Positions 1 to 12,179 of a stretch of 64,000 bases of DNA are shown piece after piece. A model generated the notes under the pieces. That model ran no database searches. It saw only the letters and a list, made by a program, of their open reading frames with translations, and had not been told where the DNA came from. A program made the position numbers and the translations under genes. The stretch is from Moniliella sp. 'wahieum' (lineage: Eukaryota): positions 186,001-250,000 of the forward strand of contig RSEE01000041.1 in assembly GCA_003971905.1 (NCBI GenBank), read 5' to 3'. Within the stretch, counting starts at the first letter, position 1. Every line of letters starts with the position of its first letter.

Positions 1-94
1 CCAAGGATTGATTTCAGGGAGATATAACCCACAGCAGCACGTGACCGCGTGACCCCTGTTGCGACAAATCCGCTGCTATTCTTAAGGTTCAAGC

Positions 95-480
95 TGGACG
101 TTGAAGCTTGAAGCTAGTACGTTGAAGCTTGTAAAAGCTTTGAAATTTGAGGGCCCAGAGGCTGCAAACGTTAAACGTTAGATTTTAAATCCGCAACCCG
201 CCTGCAGCGCCTGCAGCCACGGACACCCAGGAACAATTGAAATCGGTGGGGTCCAAGACACGGATTTAACCCGGTTGCACTTCTCCGCGCGAAGAGGCGC
301 AGCAATTACTGCTGTTATTCGACGTCTTACGCGTTACGCCTTATAGAGGGCTCAACCGGAGATGAACTCAGTCTGAGATCTGAGTGTACTCTCCTCGAGT
401 CACTATGGCTAGTCACTAGTCAAGAGGAAAGGGCTGAAAAAAGCCTGCCCGTGACGCGCGTGACGGGGCGACCGGCCTTG
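95..480. repeat. Island of 7-bp-period palindrome-plus-spacer mini-arrays
   Basis: AAGCTT-G-AAGCT 104-115, AACGTT-A-AACGTT 167-179, TCT-G-AGATCT-G-AG about 372-384, GCTAGT-C-ACTAGT 408-420. Confidence 0.8.
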
Positions 481-660
481 GTTGTTTAATGAGACCGGTC
501 GGTGACCGAGTCGGTCCCCTAACATTTTTCGCCGGGCTTAGCAATGTCCGACGGTGTGACTGAGGTTGAAGGAGGTTTGAGGCAACCGAAAAAATCCATT
601 CGCATCGGCCACCAACTTGTTGCTCCTTGCCCGCCGCTCCCCTCCTCATCCCTTCTGACC

Positions 661-3600
661 ATGAGCAACGGTGTGTCCCCCGCACACCCATCTGTGCCCC
701 AACCACCCGTCATCCCTGCTGGCTCCGCAACGATTACTCCGCCCCAGTCGGACCCACGCCCCTCATCGTCGCAAGACAAGCGGCCCCGCAAACAGCGCAA
801 ACCCATTTCATGCACCGAGTGCCGTCACCGTAAGCTCAAGTACGTGTGTCCCCTTCCTCTCTCCTCACCCTCGTCCCGTTTGTGCTGCTGACACCAAGGC
901 AGGTGCGACCGACAGGTGCCTGGGTGTTCCGCATGCATTCGCCGCAAGATCCCCTTGAGCGGATGTAAGTTTGGCGATGAACGAGACCATGAGACACCCG
1001 AACAGCGGGAAAAACGCTTGCGCAAGATGGCCGAAGGAGAACAGCGGCGTGCACGGCGCAAGGCTCTCAAGGCAGCGCGGCAACGCGCTGCAGAGCATTT
1101 GCCCCCTGGTGTCTTGTTCTCTGGTGGGTCACAGTTTGGGTACGACGATTCGGGACAACAAGACGAAGATTCGGGCGAATGGGAGCAAAGCGAAGAGGAA
1201 GAGGAGGAAGATGAAAGCGCTCCCAAGCGCATTCGTCTGCCTCGTGAACCGAGTGCAGCGACCGCCTCGACGGCTTCCGTGGCCATTCCCACCACCTTTA
1301 CCCCACCTCCCCTTCCCGCAGCCGGCTCCACTCCTTCGGCCGCAACACATGCGCAGTTGGCCATGCAGGCACGCAACAATGCCGCTCGTTTGGTTGGCCG
1401 GATGGGCACCGCCTCTACATCCCTAGCTTCCCCATCTTTCCACCCCGGTGGTGCCTCCGCCGCGCTCTCGATCGCTACCAGTCCCACTTCCGGAACAACT
1501 TCTACCGGTCTCCATTCGCACGCCGCGGCGAAGAACACACTCTCGGTCCCTCCCCCGGCCCCACCTTCTCCACTACTCACTCTTCACCTACTAGCACGAC
1601 CGTTACCCCGCACTTGCCGCACCACCTGGCCCACGGTGGGTCCCAGATGGCCAGCAGCCCACGGCGAGCGTCGATGCCCGCGTTTGCGATTGTTGCGGAA
1701 GCGGCTGAGCTAAGGCGCAGCAGCACTACCATCTGCCCACCGCCGGAGACCCAAACGCATTTATATGCGTCCGGGAACCAAGATACGACGGAACTGCTGG
1801 ACACACTAGGGAACCAGGACACTACATCGGCCGTCTTGGGTCTTCAGCGTCTCTATGACGAGGGCAGGGACGTGAATGGTTCCGTCGAGGAGGTTGGGCA
1901 AGCGAGGACAAGGCAGGGAGATCAGATTCGTGGGCGGCCTGTCGAGCCAGGGGGGGACAAAGCCCCGGCCGCCGTGGAGGCAAGCCTGTGGACGTCCGGG
2001 GGACAGAAGAGGGAACCGGTTCGGGAAGCCACGGTAAGTGGGTCAGCAGCTAGCGATCATCCTCCCCCGTCGCTACATATGCCCCCCCACGTTCCCAGTA
2101 GGAAAAGGAATGCGCTGCAGGCAATTGGCGAGCGGATGTTGCAGAAAAACTCCCTGAACGAGGCGACGGCCAAGACGCGGGCGTTGGCATTACTGCCGGG
2201 CAAACCTCAGACGGTGCAGTTGATCAACATGTACCTCGAGGAGTTGGGCATGATTACTCCCTTTGTTCGCGTGGATTTTGTGATGAAGGAACTTGATTTG
2301 CTGTACGAGTCGCTAACGGGCTGTTTTGGATCCAAGGGGGCCAACCGGTTGCCAACCATTGTCGAGGCGGCTCCGGACGGGCTGATGCGACACGCTTGGT
2401 AGATGCGGACGATGGTGCTCCTGCATCGACACGGCCAGCGGCGGTGGTGCAACCCGGGGCGGCGACCGGACCTGGGGCTGGAGAGCCACAACCACGATTG
2501 ACGTTTTTGGCGTATGTCTTGTTTGCTCTGAGTGCGATTGTGGAGCTGCTACCTTCCACCACCATTATCTCCTTCAACCTGGTCCGGAGCAGTGACCAGA
2601 TTTCTACCCTTCTCCACGACTGGCTCGACACAGCCTTGGATTGTTTGGAGGCCAATGAGCTGGCTGCCCACCCTTCTCTCGAAGGCGTGCAAGCTGCTCT
2701 GGTTGCTGTCAACTCTCTCGGCCATCGGTTTCGGCACAAAGATCTACTCCATCTGCTCGATGGATCCACGCGTGCCGCTCGACGTCTGGGCCTCGACAGG
2801 CTTGGTTCGGCCGCTGACGCCCCACCCTATCTGGGAACGGAAGAGGGAACTCCGCTGGGCCCGGAGGAGAGGGGCGTTGGGCCGCGGTGGGCCCGGCGCC
2901 ACGGCCCGATTTACACCAGACACTGGACAAGGCCAACCGCAAGCTGATGCATTGGTGGGTTGATCCGGATGTTCAGATGAGCATGGGCAACCTGGAGATT
3001 GGTCGGGCGGTGTGGACGGCATTGACCATGACGGACTGGAACCACGCGGGGCTGAACGGGTCGTACGGGATCCACCCGATGAGTTATAGTACCTGTCCAC
3101 CTTATGCACCGGCGGCACCATCCCAGAGTGCGCGCGGGATGCCCTGCCCGCGCGATGCCTGGCTCGGCCTGCTTGAAACGGCCGATGTGGCACGGCAAGT
3201 GGTTGACTTGACGGTGCAGGCGGAAGGGTTAGCGGAGGAGGTAGATTACCAAGAAGTGCTCAAGCTGGACCAGAAACTGCATCAAGTCCTTACTTCGCGT
3301 TCATGGACCCATCGGGATACCGACTTGACCTTTGGCCAGGAAGGGTTGAGGCACAATGTCGACATTCAGCGCCTGCAGAAACAGGCCAGCTTAATTCGGG
3401 CTGGCGTGTACTACCGTACCTTGAAGCTCCACCGTCCATTCATGAGCAAGGGCTACCGCTACCCGGACCAACCGTTTGTTGCGTCCGTGCCGCGCGCGTT
3501 GGAGAGCGCACGACAAATCGTTATCGAGGCCCGGCTCATGACCTCCCGAGGGTGGATCGGTCGACGGGATCGCATGCAAAGGTATTACCTTTTCCAAGCT

Positions 3601-4574
3601 TGCTTGGCCATGATTACCGACCTGTGGTACCGCCCCCGCACGTTTTACCCCTTGGGCTTCCACCATACCTCGCCCACGGATGCGCACATGGCCACGGCAC
3701 CTGATCCTTCGGCCCCAGGAAGCGTGATGGGCTTTGACAGTCCAGAGGAGACGCGGGAGATGGAGGACAACTTGACCTGGATCATTGATCGGTTGAAAGA
3801 TCAGGGTCAAGCGGTGGAAGGGTCTGTGCTGCATGGGGCGAGTAAGAATTTAGAACGTCTGATCTCCGCCACGTTCCAACGCGGGCTGCAGCAACAGCTT
3901 CTCCGATCCCAAGAGGAAGCGGAGGAGGAGGTGCAGCCCACCCACGATGCAGCCCCCGCAGCGCACCACGGCTTCGACCCACTCCCAACGGGGGGTGACG
4001 AGTTGGCACAGTTGATGGACGTGCAACTGTCCCGGTTAGCTGCCATGACGCCCCAGACCAACATGCTCAACATTGGCCATGCCCAACACCCGGGCGGGCC
4101 GCTGCTGCCAGCGGTAAGCGGACGAGGTGGAATCGGAACATTATCTGCCCTGGGTGGCGTCCCGTTGAGTGGTTTGGGCCTTCTTTCTCAGTTGCCCAAC
4201 AATGCGCTTACGGGTCTGCCCGCCCTTCCTACTACCACTGCTGCCCCTGTTGCGGGGGAAGAGTGGACTGGTTCCACTGCAGTGCAAAATCCCGTGGTCA
4301 ACACTACCACAGCCGGGTCGCAGGAACTAATGCAATACTTTCTTGCGGCCAACGCCCCACCCCTCCCGCGACCCAGACACCTGGTGCCGGCGGGGAGCAC
4401 ACCGAGCCCGTACCAAACCCTTCATCTGGGGATGGGACGTCCGGGCCGAATACCTTCCTTCAGCCCATGTTTCCTCCAGAGGTCGACTGGGTCAGCGCGT
4501 GGGCCGACTTGTTCGACACATTGGAGGAACGGGGTGACGCGCACTCCACCACAGCCGGTTCGGCTGGGTTCTGA
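661..4574 (+). CDS. Zn(II)2Cys6 fungal transcription factor with middle homology region (intron, several frameshifts)
   Basis: Splicing intron 840-902 (GTACGT...GCTGAC...CAG) gives CTECRHRKLKCDRQVPGCSACIRRKIPLSGC, a canonical Zn2Cys6 cluster. Downstream ORFs 1614-2402, 2396-2947 and 2887-4935 carry MHR-like text (GRAVWTALTMTDW, LKLHRPF, ALESARQI). The probable end is the acidic tail 'VDWVSAWADLFD...GF*' at 4574. Confidence 0.85.
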
Positions 4575-5131
4575 GCGGCGTCTTTCTGTGCCTTCTTATT
4601 CTTTTGTCTACTTATATTCGTCCTGTGTATATTTCGAATGCCTTTTGTATGTCAACTCTTCTGTCATTTCATCCTGGCCGTCGGACGCTGGCCGAACGAC
4701 CCTGATAGCTACGAGCATTTCTGCTCGGGTGTTTTGGGAGGCTGCGAATATGGGACGAAACGAGCATCACAGCAAATACTGCCTAATGGCTAGTGACTAC
4801 GGGGAAACCCCGCCGACATTTACGAAGAGTCTCTCAGTACAGCCCGGGTCGATAAATGATGCAACGGAAGAATCTCTCTCATTTTTGTACACACCCTCTC
4901 TCAATAACAACGGTGTGAGCCTCCCGGGTCTATAGCCTAGCCGCGGGCGTCGCCTCGCCCCAGTGGTGGCGCAGACTAAGGCCCGAAGGCTGCTACTGGG
5001 GCGGTGTGGCAAGTATACAGCGAGTATGGTCTGCAGAAGAAAACAACACGGCCTCCTCTACAAAACGGATGGTATCGAAAAGATTTTATGACAACGTGCC
5101 CACCTATAGGACATGCAACACGCATTGGAGA

Positions 5132-5831
5132 TTAAGCCGACTTGCCCTTGACAAACGTGGCGACCGTCTTGGCAAAGTACTCGCCCTGTTTCTTGGCGAT
5201 CAGCTTTTCCTCCTCGTTGACCTGGCGCGAACCGTCGGACTTGGACAGCGTCGAGGCACCCCAGGGAGAGCCACCTGGACAACGTCAGTGTTGTTGACTT
5301 CGGGGAACTGGTAGCCAATCGGGACGTAGATGATGCCGTGGTGGGCGAAGAAGGGAAGCGTGGTCAGCGCCGTCGTCTCCTGCCCACCGTGTTGGCCAGC
5401 GGTGCAGGTGATCAAACCACCAAACTTGCCAACGAGCGCGCCCGTGGCCCACAGGCCACCGGTAGTGTCAAAGAACGCCGAGACCTGTGCGGGGGCACGG
5501 CCAAAGCGGGTGCCGAAGGCAAGCAGGACCTATACCATTCCTGCTGTGTCAGCTTCCGGGGCAAGCGAGAGATGGTCCATGAACATGGGGTGGGGGGGCA
5601 GTTAACGTACACCGTCGTACTTGGCCAGCGCATCAGCGGTGATGTGGGGTGCTTGGTGCCGAGCTCCTTGACGGCATACATCTTGCCCAGGACTTCGTCC
5701 GAGAGCGTCTCGGGGAAGGTGAACAGGTCGACCTGGACGCCAGCCGCCTTGGCACCGAGTGCAGCCTCCTCGGCCAGGGTGGCGACGTGGCCCCAGAGGG
5801 AATGGTAGACAACGGCGATCTTGGCAGACAT
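5132..5831 (-). CDS. WrbA-family flavodoxin-like NAD(P)H:quinone oxidoreductase (PST2/YCP4-like)
   Basis: MSAKIAVVYHSLWGHVATLAEE...FPETLSDEVLGKM, PTRFGRAPAQV, GQHGGQETTALTTLPFFAHHGIIYVPIGY. The stop TAA is at 5132-5134. Confidence 0.9.
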
Positions 5832-7164
5832 GGGGAAGGAGACGAGCGCGCACGGGGTAGCTGGGCGGGGTGGGGGAAGAAGCGCGGTCTGGGACAGACA
5901 CGGGTGCCATTTATACCCCCGGGCGGATGTGGGGCGCATGTCGTGCCACTGTTGTGCCTCTGTCAGCCTACTGTTGCTCTATGCGCAGGCGCCCGTCGGC
6001 GACACTCTGGGCCAGCAACCAGATGGGCTGTTCCGTTCCGACCGGGCCGCTTCCTGGCTATAAGTCGGCAAGGCATCCGTCCCGGCTAGGGTTGGGGCCG
6101 GGGCAGCACACGCACACTGCCCCTGCGCCCGGCTCTCGGATCTCAACTCGCGGATCCTACCCGCCCGGAGCTAGCACGGAGGCTGCCCTAGGCTGCCCTT
6201 GTGCCTGCTGGATTCCCGCTGCGCTTCCGGCGCCGCACTGAGCATCCGAATATACCCCACCGCGCCTTCTGCCGCTCTCCTGGCCACGCCTGCTCCTCTG
6301 GGGCGTAGGAAGGAAGCTTGAAGATGCATGCTGTCCCCACCCTTGTTGGCTTGTCCAGCGTCTCTGGCAGCCCTCTCCAAAGTGCTCAAGCAGTCCCATC
6401 CCCGCGTCCACCCCCACGACCACTCCCACCCGGTCGTCCGCCCTGGGTTGGGTGTCAACCCACGGATGACAGGGAGAGATGATCTCATGAGAAGCACAGA
6501 TGCTTGTTGACGACTTGATGTCGCTGCTTACGAGGCCAGAGATATAGAGGGACGATATCGAGAGGGGGAAGCAATGCCGAATGCGATAGCACTCATTTAC
6601 ACTGCACTCACGCTCCCACACCACATATGGCTCACATGTCCAAGCCATTGATCGTTATACCCGCCAATTAGCCCGGTTCACCATCTCATCATCACACCAC
6701 CACTACACCTCACCGACAATCGGGTATCCATCAATGGAATCTGGCTACAATTCCAGGAAACCCCAGCCATTGTATCTCCCGCACCCCGAGCGTCAGCCAG
6801 CGCGCTCAGCACAGCGTACTACCCATGCGGCTTGGAGAGATGTTGACTGCGCTTCCTTCTTCCGCTCGGGATGAGGTAGCTGCTTCTCTGCCACAAGAAG
6901 CGTCACGTTTCTCCCCTATCTCCACTCCGTTGCCCAATCCCCACGCCCTCTGACTGCAAGAATGCGACATCAGAGGATGGGGTGGAGGTAACCAGTTGCT
7001 ACCACTACTCTTTTCTCCACCCAACAATGTAATAAACCAAGCAAAAGATTCTCGCCCACTGTGGGACGGGGAGCAAATCATGCAGAGCATGGTTGTTCAT
7101 ACCAAGTATGCGGCGGAGCATTCTCCTAAGCTTCTCTGCATGGGACCTGGGAAGCAGGCCAAGG

Positions 7165-7923
7165 CTATGGCTCAGGCGAACGTGCGCGGGTGGGCGGGGA
7201 CAGACGAGGACGAGGACGTGACCGATGGGGGGGGGGAGGGGAACGATGACGAGAACGGTGGTCGTGGGAACGATGGTGAGTCCGACGGGCACGGTCTTCT
7301 CCATGGCGCGAGGATCGTGGGCGGGTGGTAGGGTTGAGGAGGGGTCGGTTGACCCGACTGGAGGATGAAGTGAACTCTATCCTCCCTCCCAATGGGTTGG
7401 GGGCATGGCGTCGTGCTTGTCGGCGTCGGGAGCGGGCAGCTTCAATCTTGAGCATGGCGAGTGAGGCGGCGGATTTCCATCTCTTGCCTTTGCGCGGGCA
7501 GGTGGGCGGACCATCCGGTTGGATGCAGGCCTGTCCACCGGAAAATAAGGACGCGTGCTGGTCCAGGTCGAGGAGGCGGACGATGGAAGCGTACATCACG
7601 GGGTTGCGCGCGTCGCGGCGACCGTACAGGTGAGCATTGAAATGCACGCCTTGCTGTTTCAACGTATGGAACTCGGCCAGACGCGCCTAGGCCGCCCACA
7701 GTCAACCAAGCCAGGGGAGGGGAAAGAAAGAGGTCAGAAGAACCAGATCGGATAGAAGGATACTCACAACCAAAGCAGGGGATGCCTGTGCTTGCGAGGC
7801 GCTACGGTCCACCTGCGGCAGACCCCAGGCGGGGCCGAGTGTAAGCGAGGCCGGCGGGGCGAAGGGAGCACTGGACCCAAATCCATCTGCGTCTGCTGCG
7901 GCAGAGGGCGGGGGTTCAGCCAT
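7165..7923 (-). CDS. HCNGP / SAP30-binding-protein-like protein
   Basis: The segment KQQGVHFNAHLYGRRDARNPVMYASIVRLLDLDQHASLF resembles the HCNGP domain. There is a probable first exon from ATG 7923 and an Arg/His/Ser-rich tail. The exon structure is approximate. Confidence 0.65.
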
Positions 7924-8676
7924 GGACAAGTGGATGGGGATCGTTCACGTTCAATGCTGCGCCGACCTGGCAGCTTGGGCTGGGGCGCTGAGGTTATGGT
8001 CAAAGGTTGGTTGTGCTCTTTGTGTGGGCGGGGCTAATTAGCCTCGAGATGGAAACCGCTGATGCGCAAAAATAAAAAGGAAAACAAAAGGAAAAAGGTA
8101 ATTGAGGGAATCATTAATCAAGCGATGCGCTGTCTGTGGCACGTGAACGGACGTCCCGCCCACACCAAGTCGACCCGTGTATGGTTGGCTGTGGCAGGCG
8201 CGTGCAATGAGATGATAGGGTCGGGGCGAACGCTTGATGGGTAGAGAAGATTGAATGTGGGGCGTGCAGCGCCAACAAACAACAATCCTCTTGAAGCCTA
8301 TTGTGAAGCTCTACAGTGACTAATGTTAGCGCTTAGCTCGAAGCTGGAAGGGCCTTTTATCAATCACCACTAGTCAGTCATCGAAGTCATCAACATACAA
8401 AACCCACGCGCCCGTCAGCATCTGCCATCTCGAGGTGGATGACCATTTTAGACAATCGAACTCAAAAGCGGGGGAAGAGGTTGCCAGTTGTCAGACAAGT
8501 TCCAGTTGTACTGCTTTCTACTACTGTCTCCATTCAACATATCCATCCGGGCAGCCCACCCCTCGCACCTAAAACGTCGGCATCCTTCTTGCTGATCCTG
8601 CCTTGGTGTCCATGGTGAATATCCACCAAGAATCACTGGGCCCGACGGATACCTGCACCACCGAAACATCCAACGA

Positions 8677-9886
8677 TCAGCCTCCTCCAAGTCTCTGAAC
8701 CATGACAATCAATTGGGATACGCCGCCATCAAATAAAGGGTTAGATAGTGCCGAAAAAGACCGCTCCAGTACCAGGTCTGTTGGTCGTCTCGCGCCAGTA
8801 GCAATGGGGACATCAACTTTTCTTGGCTCAATGAGCGGCTCCATCTCTTCCATGTCGGCCTTACCCGCACCAAGGATAAGGCTAACAAGAAGATCACGTA
8901 GTGGGCTGCTAACGCAAAGGATTCGGCACTGCGCTCGCCGCAACAGGCCATTCTCAAAGCCGCCGGCATCTGGAACGAGGCACACAGAAGGGCACAGAGG
9001 ACTAGTATGTCACACGTAGAGTAGAGGTAGAGAAACACGAGTGTTGTGGGGCCGGGGAAGGGCCGAGCATGTTAGCCAAGGTTGTACACACCCGCACTTC
9101 GGCTCGGCGGGGCAGGAGCTGGGGGCAGGAGCCAAAATGGTGGTAGTTCCACCCAGTGGTAGCAAAAGTGCCTTCGGTAGGGGGCGGAACGAAGGTGACG
9201 GTAGGCAGGGTGACGGTGGGGAAGTGAACGCCGCACCATGCAGGCGGATGGGCAGGTAGGGAAAGTAATAAAACACATAGTATCCCACTCCGGCCCTATC
9301 GCGCCGAGCACAGCTAGGATGGCAACGATGCACGAGAGGCGGCAGCACATCCGTCACAAACCAGTTCCACGCCTCTTCGTCCGGAAGCAGCGTGATCACC
9401 AGACCATACAGTGCTCCGCCTGTCGCCAGCACCACCAGCACTGCCAGACGGTCCAGACGATGAAATGCGTCGTGCAGGTTCCTCAACCTGCACCTTCACC
9501 AACGCGACTGGTGGGGGCGCCCTTGGCTTGGTCGCGGACGAGGAAAGGGTAACGGAGGGCCGAACGGGGTTCGAGCTAGAGGTAGTAGGGGCGCGGGAGG
9601 CACCCGTGGAGGAGGCAGTTGCCGTGGAGCGGTGGCGGGGGTAGGTGTAGTACGCGTCGATGGGCAGGGGGGGGAGCGGGGCGAGAGCAGGATACTTTGG
9701 TGCAGACGAGGTTGAAGAGGCGGGAGCAGCAGCAGCAGCAGCAGCAGCAGCGGTGGCGGCGGAAGAGGCGGCGATTCTGGCGCGTGCTTCGGCCAGAAAT
9801 CGGGCGCGGAGCTCTGCGGACACCTCGACCACTGGCTTGGATTTGGGCTGGGGCTTGAGAGCAGCGCCAGCGCCAGTGGCGGGCAT
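8677..9886 (-). CDS. Hypothetical protein with Ala-rich N-terminus and a hydrophobic segment; model uncertain
   Basis: ORF 9314-9988 (MPATGAGAALK...poly-Ala) and ORF 9010-9486 (LAVLVVLATGGALYGLVITLLP) read as coding. No family recognised. Confidence 0.3.
9726..9749. repeat. (GCA)8 trinucleotide microsatellite, poly-Ala on the minus strand
   Basis: gcagcagcagcagcagcagcagca read directly. Confidence 0.9.
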
Positions 9887-10106
9887 GGCGAGCACACCAA
9901 GAAAGGGAGCGGGGAGGACGAGGGAGCGTGGCAATGTGCCTCCGCGCCGGCCAAGCACAGGAGGGGCCGGCAAGTGCGGAGGAAGCAAGAGCTCTAAACA
10001 GGGCTTTGTTGGGCGATGATCCGTTCGTTCTCTGTCTATCTATTGAACTCGAAGCCAGTATGCCCCACAGCAAGCACCGGAGCTGACCTAAGCCAATCAA
10101 TGGGCG

Positions 10107-10197
10107 CTTCCCCATTTCCCATTTCCCATTTCCCATTTCTCCTTTCCGCTTTCCTCTTTCCTCTTTCCCATTCTCCTATTCCCAATTCCCATTCCCC
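10107..10197. repeat. Pyrimidine-rich 7-bp-period tandem array (CCCATTT)4 decaying into CTTTCCN/ATTCCCN units
   Basis: cccatttcccatttcccatttcccattt at 10111-10138, followed by ctttccg ctttcct ctttcct ctttccc ... attccca attcccc attcccc. Confidence 0.8.
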
Positions 10198-10597
10198 GTA
10201 TCAGACTGGATGCGGCCTGGGTACTCCCCGCTGGCAGCAGCAGATTCTAGCATTGGATAGCTTGAATCTCTTGAAGGGCTATAGATAGGGTGTGCCGGGG
10301 CAGCCTGTTTGGTGCAAATCCCCCGCGCGGGTCTCTGGTGCGGGGGCTCCGGGGCGGGCACAGTGTCAGTGTGAATATTGAATGCGCCAGTCCCCCCGTA
10401 AAATTCGTCCGTGCGCGTGACAATCCTTAATCCAATCCACCGCCCGCATCCTTCCCGCCCGAGTCACATCTACGTGTTCGATGGGCGTTGGGCCTCAAGC
10501 GATCTTTGATAAACACGGTTGAGTAGCACCGCCCCTTCCACTTCTCTCCCTCCGCCTCTTCCTCTGCCGACCATCCGAACCCTGCGTTCTCCTCACC

Positions 10598-11956
10598 ATG
10601 TCCAAGGGCAGCGTTCTTCTCGCCTACTCGGGCGGCCTCGACACCTCCTGCATCCTCGCCTGGCTCATCGACGAAGGCTACGATGTGGTTGCTTTCATGG
10701 CCGACGTGGGCCAGGAGGAGGACTTTGAGGCGGCTCGGACCAAGGCGCTCAAGGTCGGTGCCAAGGACTTTGTTCCGCCTGGCCGACATGAAGCGCGAGT
10801 TTATCGAGAACCTCATTTACCCGGCCGTCCAGGCCAATGCCATTTACGAGGTAAGCGTTTCTCTCTCTTTTCTCTCTCTCTTCCTTCCCCCCCTCCCCCT
10901 CATCTCCCGCCGCTGGCTGCTGACGCGTTGTCTCGGTAGGACGTGTACTTGCTCGGCACCTCGCTGGCGCGCCCGTGATTGCCCGGGGCATGATTGAAAC
11001 GGCAGAAAAGAAAGGGTGCCAGTTTGTCTCGCACGGCTGCACGGGCAAGGGCAACGACCAAGTGCGTTTTGAGCTTACCTTTTACGGTCTCAAGCCCGAC
11101 ATTCAGGTGATTGCACCCTGGCGCATTCCGGCATTTTACAACCGCTTTGTGGGTCGTTCGGCGCTGCTGGACTATGCTACCCAGAAGGGCATCCCCGTTA
11201 CCCAGACCAAGTCCAAGCCTTGGTCGACGGACGAGAACCTGTTCCACATTTCGTACGAAGCTGGTATTCTCGAGGACCCCAACACCACCCCTCCTGAAGA
11301 TATGTGGAAGTTGACCGTCTCGCCCGAGCAGGCGCCCACCACACCCGAGCACATCTCGATTGACTTTAAGCAGGGTGTGCCGGTGGCCGTGCACGAGAAG
11401 GCGAGCGGCAAGACGTACACGGATGGTGTGGAGATTTTCCTGGCGCTCAATGCGTTGGCGCGCAAGCATGGTGTGGGTCGAGTGGACATTGTGGAGAACC
11501 GGTTTATTGGGGTCAAGTCGCGCGGGTGCTACGAGTCGCCAGAGCGACGATTCTGCGTGCAGCGCACATTGACCTGGAAGGACTCACATTAGACCGCGAA
11601 GTGCGTCGGATTCGGGACCAAATCGTGACTACCAAGTTGTCTGAGATCTGTACTATGGCTTCTTCTTCTCGCCCGAAAGCGAATATGTGCGCTCTTCCAT
11701 TCCCGCCTCGCAAAAGACGGTGAATGGCACGGTGCGCATCAAGTTGTACAAGGGTAATGTGGTGATTGAAGGCCGATCATCAGATGAGCTGCTGTACGAT
11801 GAGAAGTTCTCTTCCATGGACGAGTTGGGTGGCTTTGAGCCTGATCAGACCACGGGCTTCATTGCGGTTCAGGCCATCCGCCTCAAGTGCTTTGGCACGG
11901 GCCAGGCTGCCAAGGGCCTGGCGGGCGTGTCGGCAGAGAAGGCATACCAGCTTTAA
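10598..11956 (+). CDS. ARG1: Argininosuccinate synthase
   Basis: [75 protein letters not shown]. Intron about 10851-10939. Frameshifted. Confidence 0.97.
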
Positions 11957-12179
11957 CCTTCTGCCTACCAACCATACCAGCCATGGCGCATGCCCTGCTG
12001 GTCATAAGAACAAAACACAAACAAAAGTAACCCTCAATGGATTGTAATTTACCCCTGTGAAGTGTGTACGGTGAAGGCCTCATTAGGAGGGGGTGGGGTC
12101 CAAAGTGCAAGCCCGCTAGTGGAATGGAGAGGGAGCGAGGGCAGACAAAGTTCAGGAATAGGTGTGATATATATATGAC

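Noticed and set aside
6328..7190. Possible plus-strand gene divergent from the WrbA-like gene
   Set aside because: Only short fragmented ORFs with no recognisable family.
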